A stretch of 64,000 nucleotides of DNA. Source: Candidatus Coatesbacteria bacterium. Lineage in GTDB: Bacteria; JAFGND01. Where the stretch lies: positions 1-64,000 of the forward strand of contig JAFGND010000023.1 of assembly GCA_016927185.1 (NCBI GenBank). The letters are read 5' to 3'. Both the position numbers and the translations under genes were made by a program. Numbering within the stretch: position 1 is the first letter of the stretch; every line of letters starts with the position of its first letter. Below are positions 21,516 through 30,469 of this stretch, piece by piece. The notes under the pieces are model-generated. The model was not told the DNA's origin, searched no databases, and saw only the letters and a program-made list of their open reading frames with translations.

Positions 21516-22077
21516 TAACTTCTTGTGCAACAAATTTGAAAGTCTCGAAAACATTTACGCCATCTGAGGCAACTGACAGAAAATATGGGACAGAATACCA
21601 GTTAAGCTCTTTTTGTAAAATCTCAATATTCATTGCTCCTAGAAGATCCCTTTTATTATATTGTATAACGAAAGGAACAGATGTAGGCAGCATATTATAT
21701 TCCTTGAGGTTAGCTTCAAGATCCAACATAGAACCAATATTGGCATCCAGTCTGTCTATTTGACTATCTGCAACAAAAACTATACCATCCACATTTCTCA
21801 GTATCAGTCTTCTGCTTGCAGTGAAATAAGTTTGACCAGGAACAGTATACAAATGAAATCTTACATTATAACCATTTATTGTAGCAAGATTGAGAGGCAG
21901 GAAATCAAAAAATAAAGTTCTTTCGTGATCTGTTGCAAAGCTTATTAGTTTACCACCAATCTTTTCTCTGGTTATTTCATGGATTCTTGCTACATTAGTA
22001 GTCTTGCCTCCAAGACCAGGTCCATAATAAACAATCTTCGTATTAATCTCTTTAGAACTATAATTTATTACAGCCAT
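21487..22077 (-). CDS. MglA-like Ras-superfamily small GTPase
   Basis: 196 aa; KIVYYGPGLGGKTTN P-loop, DFLP..., YTVPGQ (switch II with Thr/Gly), NKRD G4 motif exactly as in MglA/Arf-like prokaryotic GTPases. Confidence 0.7.
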   Translation of the reverse strand: MAVINYSSKEINTKIVYYGPGLGGKTTNVARIHEITREKIGGKLISFATDHERTLFFDFLPLNLATINGYNVRFHLYTVPGQTYFTASRRLILRNVDGIVFVADSQIDRLDANIGSMLDLEANLKEYNMLPTSVPFVIQYNKRDLLGAMNIEILQKELNWYSVPYFLSVASDGVNVFETFKFVAQEVIKHLRTSQS

Positions 22078-22089
22078 TTAATCTTCTAT

Positions 22090-22119
22090 CAGATGACCTG
22101 ATTTTTACCAGGTCATCTG
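22090..22119. terminator. Perfect 11-12 bp hairpin (CAGATGACCTG-attttta-CCAGGTCATCTG) between porB 3' end and MglA-like gene start
   Basis: Read directly in sequence; lies 14 nt downstream of porB stop on the minus strand; no clear U-tract. Confidence 0.4.
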
Positions 22120-22132
22120 AATTTTATTACTC

Positions 22133-23059
22133 CTACAAACTCTCAAGTTTTAGCAATTGTTCCCACTTCTTATCAACATGAGCCTGAATTTTTTCCCTTA
22201 TCTGTTCATTGCCCGGTTGAAATAGATGCTTGAATCGTCCTTGTAACTTAAGCCATTCGTCAACTGGTTTTTTTTCTTTGGGTTTATAAGTAATTTTATA
22301 AATTCCATCAACCACTTCATATAATGGCCAGAAGCAGGTTTCAACAGCTAATTTAGCTAGATGAATTGAGTCTGAATATGGAAATCTCCAGCCTAATGGA
22401 CATGGAGAAAGAACATTAATGAAAGCTGGACCATCTACTGCCAGAGCTTTCTCCACTTTTTCTATAATGTCACTATAGTTATGAGGTGATGATTGAGCAA
22501 TATATGGAATATTGTGAGCTATCAGAATCTTTGTTAAATCCTTTGGATATTGCTGTTTTCCTGGGATAACCTTGCCTGCTGGACTAGTTGTAGTATCAGC
22601 ACCATATGGGGTTGCTGAAGAGCGCTGGATCCCCGTATTCATATATGCTTCATTATCATAGCATATATACAGCATATTGTGACCACGTTCCATTGCTCCT
22701 GACAGACTTTGCAGTCCAATATCATATGTTCCGCCATCTCCTCCAAAAGCTATGAAATTTATTTTCTTGCTTATCTTGCCTTTTCTCTTCAAAGATCTGT
22801 AAGCTGCTTCAACTCCACTTACAGTTGCTGCAGAATTCTCGAAAGCACTATGAATATAAGGAACTCTATGAGAAGTAAATGGATAGATTGTTGTCACAAC
22901 TTCCATACAACCTGTTGCAAATCCTACCACTGTATCTTTTCCTGCAGCAAGAAGAGCTTGTTTTATGATAACAGGTCCAGGACAACCAGCACATGCACGA
23001 TGTCCGGGAGCTAGCAAAATCTCTCTTTCTGTGCTTATCTTCTTTAAATTGACAGCCAT
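22133..23059 (-). CDS. porB: 2-oxoacid:ferredoxin oxidoreductase beta subunit (TPP-binding)
   Basis: 308 aa; CAGCPG, GDGG TPP-binding motifs; last gene of 4-gene por-type operon. Confidence 0.85.
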   Translation of the reverse strand: MAVNLKKISTEREILLAPGHRACAGCPGPVIIKQALLAAGKDTVVGFATGCMEVVTTIYPFTSHRVPYIHSAFENSAATVSGVEAAYRSLKRKGKISKKINFIAFGGDGGTYDIGLQSLSGAMERGHNMLYICYDNEAYMNTGIQRSSATPYGADTTTSPAGKVIPGKQQYPKDLTKILIAHNIPYIAQSSPHNYSDIIEKVEKALAVDGPAFINVLSPCPLGWRFPYSDSIHLAKLAVETCFWPLYEVVDGIYKITYKPKEKKPVDEWLKLQGRFKHLFQPGNEQIREKIQAHVDKKWEQLLKLESL

Positions 23060-23071
23060 TTCAATCCTCCT

Positions 23072-24250
23072 TTATCCACGAAGACCAATAAATTGGACTG
23101 CTGGAAATTTTTCACCCTTAACAGCTTTTTCAAGATCACTAAAGGATATTCTCATTTCCGTTGGAGTAATGTCTCTTCCCCCAAGACCATAGATATAATT
23201 CAAGACAGGAATATCTATTCCAGTTCTGAATAGTGCACTTTCCACTTCTACAAAAACGGGTCCGCCTTTAGCACCAAAACTGATAGATCTATCTAAAACC
23301 GATAATCCCTTGAGTTTCTTTACAGCAAGACGCAAGTCTTCTATTGGGAAAGGTCTGAAAGATCTTATCTTTATCATTCCCACTTTCTTGCCTTCATTTC
23401 TCATTTGGTCAACAAGATATTTTGCCGTTCCGGCAGTAGAACCAAGAGCAATTATTGCGAATTCTGCATCCTCCATTTTATGAAGTTCAAGCAAGTCATA
23501 ATATCTACCTGACAAAGCTCCGAATTCTTTGCCTACATTCTTAATAACATCAGCTGAATTTTGCATTGCCTGATATTGCTGTCTTTTATGTTCAAAATAA
23601 TAATCCTGTAGATCCAGAGGTCCATATGTAACTGGATTATCAACATCAAGAAGAGGATATTTTGCAGTAAAGGTACCAACGAATTTACTTACTTCCTCGT
23701 CTTCCAGTGCTTCAACTCTTTCCATTACATGGCTTATTATGAAACCATCTAGTGTTATCATTACAGGTAGCATGACATCCTTGTTTTCACCTATTTTTAC
23801 TGCCTGGATTATATTATCATAAGTTTCCTGGGTATTTTCTGAAAAAAGTTGTATCCAACCGCTATCTCTGCACCCCATTGAATCAGAATGATCACAATGT
23901 ATATTTATAGGTCCTGACAAAGCCCTGTTAACAACTGGAGCTACTATTGGAAGCCTATATGAGGCTGCAATATAAACTATTTCCCACATCAAAGCTAGTC
24001 CATTTGCTGAAGTTGCAGTCATTGCCCTTGCTCCTGCAGAGGCAGCACCAACAACAGCACTCATTGCGCTATGTTCAGATTCAACTGTAACCATTTCGGT
24101 ATCGACAAGACCATCTGCCACAAAACTGCTGTATGTCTGAACAATACCAGTTTGAGGTGTAATGGGATATGCAGCAACAACATCCGGATGAACCTGGCGC
24201 ATGGCTTCAGCTGCTGCATCAGCACCTGTTAAAGCTAATATTTTTGTCAT
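23072..24250 (-). CDS. porA: 2-oxoacid:ferredoxin oxidoreductase alpha subunit
   Basis: 392 aa; typical PorA N-terminus (LTGADAAAEAMRQVHPDVVAAYPITPQT). Confidence 0.85.
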   Translation of the reverse strand: MTKILALTGADAAAEAMRQVHPDVVAAYPITPQTGIVQTYSSFVADGLVDTEMVTVESEHSAMSAVVGAASAGARAMTATSANGLALMWEIVYIAASYRLPIVAPVVNRALSGPINIHCDHSDSMGCRDSGWIQLFSENTQETYDNIIQAVKIGENKDVMLPVMITLDGFIISHVMERVEALEDEEVSKFVGTFTAKYPLLDVDNPVTYGPLDLQDYYFEHKRQQYQAMQNSADVIKNVGKEFGALSGRYYDLLELHKMEDAEFAIIALGSTAGTAKYLVDQMRNEGKKVGMIKIRSFRPFPIEDLRLAVKKLKGLSVLDRSISFGAKGGPVFVEVESALFRTGIDIPVLNYIYGLGGRDITPTEMRISFSDLEKAVKGEKFPAVQFIGLRG

Positions 24251-24262
24251 CTCTGCCGCCTC

Positions 24263-24541
24263 CTATTCCTCTAAAACCATTTCAATACATTTTTTTGGGC
24301 ATTCCTTTGCGCAAACTCCACAACCCTTGCAATGAAAAAGATCTGTGTCTACAAGTTTTCCATCCTTGACTATTCTTGAAGAGTCTGGGCAGTACATCCA
24401 GCAGAATAGACAATGGATGCATTTTTCCATATCAGTTACAGGTTTGTAAGTTCTCCATGAGCCTGTCTCATATTTTATGCTGTTCCCTGCCTCAAGGATT
24501 AATCCACCTTCAGGTATATCTTTCCATCCGTTATTGGACAT
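24263..24541 (-). CDS. porD: 2-oxoacid:ferredoxin oxidoreductase delta subunit (2x[4Fe-4S] ferredoxin)
   Basis: 92 aa; two CxxCxxCxxxCP clusters (CIHCLFCWMYCP, CKGCGVCAKECP). Confidence 0.8.
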   Translation of the reverse strand: MSNNGWKDIPEGGLILEAGNSIKYETGSWRTYKPVTDMEKCIHCLFCWMYCPDSSRIVKDGKLVDTDLFHCKGCGVCAKECPKKCIEMVLEE

Positions 24542-25109
24542 GCTCCTTCACCTCCTCGAATGCGCGCTTGACAGCGTTTATATTGCCTTCAATAATTTTA
24601 TCTGAGAATTTCTTTTCAAATTTCTTAGTTAAATCCTTAAGGAAAGGTTCTAAGGGCATTATTTTAGTCACTTTTATTAGTGCCCCAATAAGAGGAGTAT
24701 TTGGAAGTTCTCTTCCTATTGTTTCTTTGCTTATCTTGTTTGCATCTACTATGAATAAACTCCCAATATCCGTTTTCAGTAGTTCGCGAATTTCCTTTCC
24801 ATCTTTGCTTGAATTTATTAGAATTATTCCATCTTTTTTCAATCCGCTTGTTACTGGAATATTCTTGAGAAGGGTTTGATCCAGTATTATTACAATATCT
24901 GGATACTCAACAGCGCTATGTATTGTTATCGGTTTTTCACTAATACGGTCATAGCTCCGCATAGGTGCTCCCATTCTCTCAGGACCATACTCTGGAAATC
25001 CCTGAGCAAATTTTCCTTGATGTATGGCAGCTTGAGCTAATAAGTCAGCAGCAGTCTTTGCTCCCTGACCTCCTCTGCCATGCCATCGAATTTCCAACAT
25101 TTCTTTCAT
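24531..25109 (-). CDS. porG: 2-oxoacid:ferredoxin oxidoreductase gamma subunit
   Basis: 192 aa; IRWHGRGGQG motif; first gene of operon. Confidence 0.8.
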   Translation of the reverse strand: MKEMLEIRWHGRGGQGAKTAADLLAQAAIHQGKFAQGFPEYGPERMGAPMRSYDRISEKPITIHSAVEYPDIVIILDQTLLKNIPVTSGLKKDGIILINSSKDGKEIRELLKTDIGSLFIVDANKISKETIGRELPNTPLIGALIKVTKIMPLEPFLKDLTKKFEKKFSDKIIEGNINAVKRAFEEVKEHVQ

Positions 25110-25273
25110 TTTTTCCCTCCTTTTAGGGATGAACTAAATGGTTAAGACACCTGTTTTTTGAAGTAGGCAATTTAGGTCAAGAGAAAAGGACTATTGATCT
25201 TGGAAAAGCTAAGATTTGATGTGAATATGTGGATAAAAATCATTTCATTATTATGAAACGCTCTTCAGCTATC

Positions 25274-25537
25274 TTATTTGTTTTCTTCCATGGTTTTCAA
25301 ATGTGCTTTAACTTTATGAAACCGAACAAACCCAATTATTAAAACAATAATGCTGATTCCTACGAAATTCCATCCAAAAACAAAAAGTACTACATCATTG
25401 AACAATCTCAGGCAAGCCAAAGCTGTTACAAGAAAAGCTAATGCGGTTCTTATATAAGCAAGCAAGTTTCTTTCTGAAGCAAGCCTTGTTCTGTAATGAG
25501 CAAGTTTGTCTCTAAGCAAAGTATCATTCTGAGTCAT
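25274..25537 (-). CDS. DUF202/YidH-like small membrane protein
   Basis: 87 aa; LAxxRTxLAxERNxLAYIRTALA motif then two TM helices. Confidence 0.6.
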   Translation of the reverse strand: MTQNDTLLRDKLAHYRTRLASERNLLAYIRTALAFLVTALACLRLFNDVVLFVFGWNFVGISIIVLIIGFVRFHKVKAHLKTMEENK

Positions 25538-25637
25538 ATAGTAAATGGAACAAAATGAAACATTTCTAAATTAGTCAATATATTTATTGATTTTGTCTAA
25601 TCTCTTTTTATTGACACAATAAAGCATAAACTATCTT

Positions 25638-26681
25638 TTGTCATGCATGAACGAACAACCAGCAAGAAAAAGAATTATAACTCCTGAGCAATTACCTGAG
25701 GACAGGAATCAACCATCATCAATCCGTCCAAGGTTCCTTGTTGAATATATAGGTCAGGAGCAGATCAAGGAAAATCTCCTTATAGCAATAAATGCTGCAA
25801 AAGCAAGAAATGAAGTTCTTGATCACCTCTTGTTTTATGGTCCCCCTGGACTTGGTAAAACGACCCTTGCAAACATAATATCCAATGAATTGAATGTGAA
25901 GTTTACAAAAACTTCAGGTCCTGCTCTTGAAAGACCTGCTGATTTAATGGGAATTCTTTCCAATCTTGAAGAAAAGCAGGTTTTGTTTATTGATGAAATA
26001 CATAGACTTCCCAAGATTGTTGAAGAATACCTTTATCCTGCTATGGAAGATTTCAAGATTGATTTTATTATAGATAAAGGTCCTTATGCAAGAACCATGG
26101 AGTTTGCATTAAAGAGATTTACATTAATTGGGGCAACAACAAGAGCTGGTAGTTTGACAAGAGCAATTAGAGAGAGATTTGGTATCTTTCATTCACTTGA
26201 TTTTTATATTCCTTCTGAATTATCAACGATTGTAATGAATACTGCCAGAATATTAAATATTCCCATAGATGAAGAAGGAGCAAATGAAATTGCGAAAAGA
26301 TCTCGTGGTACTCCCCGTGTTGCAAACAGGCTTCTTAGAAGGGTAAGAGATTATGCTGAGGTAAAGTCTAATGGATATATATCCTGTGAAATCGCAAATC
26401 TCTCTCTTGAATTGCAGGGTATAGATAATCTTGGACTGGATAATCTTGACAGGAGATTTTTGAAAACAGTAATAGATATCTATCAGGGAGGACCGGTAGG
26501 TATAGAAGCAATTGCTGCTACCTTGAATGAAGATATAGATACACTCCTGGATGTTGTCGAACCTTATCTATTGAAACTAGGCTTCGTAATAAGAACAAAA
26601 AGCGGCAGGAAAGCTACTCCTGATTCATATACACATCTTGATTTATTGAAAAAACAAGAAGAGAATCAAGAATTATTATAA
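25638..26681 (+). CDS. ruvB: Holliday junction branch migration ATPase RuvB
   Basis: 347 aa; AAA+ Walker A GPPGLGKTTLA, sensor and winged-helix C-terminus typical of RuvB. Confidence 0.95.
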   Translation: MSCMNEQPARKRIITPEQLPEDRNQPSSIRPRFLVEYIGQEQIKENLLIAINAAKARNEVLDHLLFYGPPGLGKTTLANIISNELNVKFTKTSGPALERPADLMGILSNLEEKQVLFIDEIHRLPKIVEEYLYPAMEDFKIDFIIDKGPYARTMEFALKRFTLIGATTRAGSLTRAIRERFGIFHSLDFYIPSELSTIVMNTARILNIPIDEEGANEIAKRSRGTPRVANRLLRRVRDYAEVKSNGYISCEIANLSLELQGIDNLGLDNLDRRFLKTVIDIYQGGPVGIEAIAATLNEDIDTLLDVVEPYLLKLGFVIRTKSGRKATPDSYTHLDLLKKQEENQELL

Positions 26682-29023
26682 TGAAGCGATTAGCGAAATT
26701 GATAAAAAAACCAGTTTTACTGGTATCAATTATAAGCATCTTTATCTTGTTCTTTTATACTCCATATTATCTTGGTGATTTTGAAAGAATAGCAGCAGAT
26801 ATCTCGGTTATACATTTACCATTCTACAAGCTTTTTGCAGATAATCTTTATAATGGCAATAGAATATACTGGACTCATCTTATTGGAGGTGGCTATCCCA
26901 TTTCAGGAGATGGCCATACTGGAGTTTTCAATCCTGTAACGAATGTTATTTTTTACTTTCTAAAGTGGCAAACTGGATTAAAACTTGTTTTTTTCTTGTT
27001 CTTGTTCCTTGCCTGGCTTGGAATGTATAAATTTCTTGTATCTATAGGGATCTGCAAGAGGTTATCTATACTTGGAGGAGCTGCCTGGACCTTTTCAAGC
27101 TATATGCAAAGTGTACAAATTACATTAGTTATGGTAGAATCACTAGCTATTCTTCCATGGATGCTCTTTCTGACACATGAGTTCAACAAGAAGAAACATT
27201 ACTATTTATTTATCTGGTTATTAATTGCTTCAGCAATACAATTTCTTTTTGTTCACCTACAGACAGCAGTTTATAATACATCATTCATGATTTTTTTCTT
27301 CCTGTTCTCGAGAAAAGGGGAAATAGCAAGCAAGAAAAGATGGTTATATCTTCTTATACTTCTTGCAGGAATAGCAATAATTGCATCACCTCAATTATAT
27401 TCTTCTTACAAATTAAAAATGATTTCAAGCAGAGCTTATGGATTACCACTCAAGATAGCATTATTGGGAGCACCAGGTTTGGAATTACTTTATACATTGT
27501 TTTCTCCATTTATCCTTTTTCCATATTTTCACAGCTTTCCATGGGAAATATCTCCGGAAACATCATGGATGAGATATTTGATTCAGGCTTCAGTAATATA
27601 TATAGGAATAATTCCCTGGTTTGGTTTTTTTTATATGCTTATTATAAAGAGAAACAGGATCAACAATTTTTTCCTCTTATCTGCTATTATTGCACTCTCT
27701 ATGGTTTGGGGAAGAATTAATCCATTATACTGGTTATTGCTTAAATTACCTGTTTTCGATAATTTTGGAGGTACAAGTAGATTCATTCCATATTTCCTCT
27801 TCTCTATAATAACAATTGGTTTTACTGGATGGAATGAGTATCTAACAGATGAAAAAGATAAGCAGTTTTTTCATAAAGCTGCTTTCTATTCCCTTATGAT
27901 CTATTCGGGTATTTTGCTGATACTTAAGGGTTTATCAGGGAGTAAATTACTTAGCATGATGGAATTGCCAGGATTTCTTCAAAACCAAATCTTAAGATTG
28001 AGCTTTCATTTTGATTATAAGATGATAATCTTTCCATTAATAATACTTGTTTTATTAACTATTATCCTATATCACAAGTATAAGTATAAAATCTCGAACA
28101 TAGCTTTTCTTTCTATGCTATCATTTATATTTTTTATTGATATTTCATATAATTGGCTTGGGTATACAATCTATTTTCCCTCAAAGGAATATGAAAAAGG
28201 TCCTCCTTCTGCAAGATTTTTAAACATGGATACTTCTCCTTTCAAGATGCTATCTCTAGGGACTCTGGTACATTGTATATCAAATATTTCACTCCTGCCA
28301 CCTTCATCCTCAACATTCTGGGGGATCTCTTCTGACAGACCAATGATGGTTTTAACACAGCAAAGATATAGGGATATTTATGAAAAAGCTTTCAATAAAA
28401 GAATTGAATCTCTAATTGGAGATATAAGTTTCTCTAACAAGAATATTCTTGATATTTCCAGTGTGAAATATATTGTATCTCCTAAATCTTTGTATGATAA
28501 GAATTTAAAATTGGTTTATCATCATGATCAGGTTTGGATTTATACCAACAATGTTGCTGAAGAAATCCCTTATTTTGTGAGTTCTATCAAGTATGTAAAA
28601 AATGATTTTGAAGCAATGAATGTGATTTTCAGCGAAAATTTCAAACCAAGAGAGGAAGCAATTATAATTGTTCCTTCAAGCAAACAACTTGTTGAGAATA
28701 CTGGAAAAGGCAGAATAAGAGAGTTCAGGATAATCCCAAACGGATTTGAAGCAAAAGTTGTAACTGATAGCAAATCTTTACTGGTTTTTCCATTTGTTTA
28801 TAGCAAAGATTTCGAATCTAATTATCCCTTACAACAAGTTCAATATTGCTATACTGGCATTTCTCTTCCGAAGGGAGAGCACTTTATAAAAGTACTGTAC
28901 AGAGAAGTTTTATCTGAATATCTGTTTTTAATGTCAACTATAGCTCTTTCAATCCTTGTCCTTGTTTCTTTATTCTTGAGCTATTTAATCAATTATAAAT
29001 CAAATTTCCCTAGAATAAATTGA
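26681..29023 (+). CDS. Large polytopic membrane protein (YfhO-like glycosyl-transfer/membrane family candidate)
   Basis: 780 aa; many TM segments across N-terminal 480 aa then soluble C-terminal domain and final TM; start overlaps ruvB stop. Confidence 0.55.
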   Translation: MKRLAKLIKKPVLLVSIISIFILFFYTPYYLGDFERIAADISVIHLPFYKLFADNLYNGNRIYWTHLIGGGYPISGDGHTGVFNPVTNVIFYFLKWQTGLKLVFFLFLFLAWLGMYKFLVSIGICKRLSILGGAAWTFSSYMQSVQITLVMVESLAILPWMLFLTHEFNKKKHYYLFIWLLIASAIQFLFVHLQTAVYNTSFMIFFFLFSRKGEIASKKRWLYLLILLAGIAIIASPQLYSSYKLKMISSRAYGLPLKIALLGAPGLELLYTLFSPFILFPYFHSFPWEISPETSWMRYLIQASVIYIGIIPWFGFFYMLIIKRNRINNFFLLSAIIALSMVWGRINPLYWLLLKLPVFDNFGGTSRFIPYFLFSIITIGFTGWNEYLTDEKDKQFFHKAAFYSLMIYSGILLILKGLSGSKLLSMMELPGFLQNQILRLSFHFDYKMIIFPLIILVLLTIILYHKYKYKISNIAFLSMLSFIFFIDISYNWLGYTIYFPSKEYEKGPPSARFLNMDTSPFKMLSLGTLVHCISNISLLPPSSSTFWGISSDRPMMVLTQQRYRDIYEKAFNKRIESLIGDISFSNKNILDISSVKYIVSPKSLYDKNLKLVYHHDQVWIYTNNVAEEIPYFVSSIKYVKNDFEAMNVIFSENFKPREEAIIIVPSSKQLVENTGKGRIREFRIIPNGFEAKVVTDSKSLLVFPFVYSKDFESNYPLQQVQYCYTGISLPKGEHFIKVLYREVLSEYLFLMSTIALSILVLVSLFLSYLINYKSNFPRIN

Positions 29024-30456
29024 CTCTGAAGTCCAATTCTTATGAAAGGTAAAGTTGAATTATAATCATCTTTATTATCCCTGTTCCTTATTAAATAGAC
29101 ACCACCCTCAGTAAAAACCTGCATAAAACGTGAGGGGTATAGAATAACCTTTAACGATGGCTTGCTGGTTTTCTCGACAGTTCCTGTTGGGAATGATTCA
29201 GAGTAATCATCAACGTGAAACCAGGGTTGTGTCCATTCAGCGTCTATTCTACCTTCTCCATGAGACATGTATTTGTATTTTCCCTCTATTGAGATCTTAT
29301 AGTTTATACTATATCTTATCAATCCATCAACATACCAGAAGTCATTTCCAAATGGGGATCCAATAGGCAAATTTTGATTTATATAAACATTTCTCCTGAA
29401 GTTCTGATTATATGTCCAATTATTAACTCTTACATATTCAATTCCTAAATCCAAATTATCTATAGATAAAAGATTAAACAAGTCAATACCTAATGTATAA
29501 CCAATTTCATTTGGTTCGAAATCTCCCTTTTCTTTCTTATCAATTTGAAGGTCATCAATGAATAAAGTGCCATATAATCTCATACTGTTCAAGAAAAGAT
29601 AGCTTATATCGAGGCTGAGGAAATTATTGTCATTATAATCTGAATTTTCCGCTTCATTTCTTTGTACGCTTGAGTAACAAAGAATAGGAATAAAATAATA
29701 GAATTCAATATTTCTGTTTTCTCCTCCATAAATTATCAGTTCGGAAGCAGAAATTTCCAATTTGCTATTGGGTCTATACACAATCTTATGTCCTGCCAGG
29801 TATCTATCCTCAATGGTTAATGTAGTATCTGAAACAAGCTTCGCATGAAAAGTATCAAAATAGAAATCACCAAATCTTACCTGATATCTTAATTTGTCCA
29901 TTGGATGAGCTTCTTTTGAAATGGATAGATTTCCAGTTCTTGAATTTCCCCAGGATTGCCTGTCTCTCCCTAATTGAATAATACCAAGGCTTGTATCAAT
30001 TTGAAAAATGGCTCTCTCTGCATCCATTGAAAGATTATTTCTTCTGAAAACCGGTATAGTATCGGAAGCATGCTGAAGCCTGTAGTCTAATACTGCTGAA
30101 AAGCACTTTTTTTGCATTAAAAATCCTGCACTAAGACTATTGTTTATTTCAGGAGTTGTCTTATATATCATTTCTTGATCAAACATAGGTCCGGCAAATA
30201 TTGAAAAAAAGCTTCTCTTACCTCCATGGATATATTCAGAGAATTCCTTTATTCTTTTCATTTCATAGTATTCCGTATTATTGTTTCCTGTTTCAAAGCT
30301 CATTAATGGATCACTAAATACAGGTTGATTGCCTAGATAACCTTTGTTTATTGATTTCTCCAGGTCATCTCCATGAAAATTCATAAGTCCATAAAACAAA
30401 GGAGATTCTGCAAACAAAGACAAGGCAATTGCAAGTACTAACAAAATAGATTTCAT
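28993..30456 (-). CDS. Putative outer-membrane beta-barrel protein
   Basis: 487 aa; signal peptide (MKSILLVLAIALSLFA), alternating amphipathic strands, C-terminal aromatic residue-rich end (ILGKFDL). Confidence 0.5.
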   Translation of the reverse strand: MKSILLVLAIALSLFAESPLFYGLMNFHGDDLEKSINKGYLGNQPVFSDPLMSFETGNNNTEYYEMKRIKEFSEYIHGGKRSFFSIFAGPMFDQEMIYKTTPEINNSLSAGFLMQKKCFSAVLDYRLQHASDTIPVFRRNNLSMDAERAIFQIDTSLGIIQLGRDRQSWGNSRTGNLSISKEAHPMDKLRYQVRFGDFYFDTFHAKLVSDTTLTIEDRYLAGHKIVYRPNSKLEISASELIIYGGENRNIEFYYFIPILCYSSVQRNEAENSDYNDNNFLSLDISYLFLNSMRLYGTLFIDDLQIDKKEKGDFEPNEIGYTLGIDLFNLLSIDNLDLGIEYVRVNNWTYNQNFRRNVYINQNLPIGSPFGNDFWYVDGLIRYSINYKISIEGKYKYMSHGEGRIDAEWTQPWFHVDDYSESFPTGTVEKTSKPSLKVILYPSRFMQVFTEGGVYLIRNRDNKDDYNSTLPFIRIGLQSQFILGKFDL

Positions 30457-30469
30457 AATATCTCCTCAA

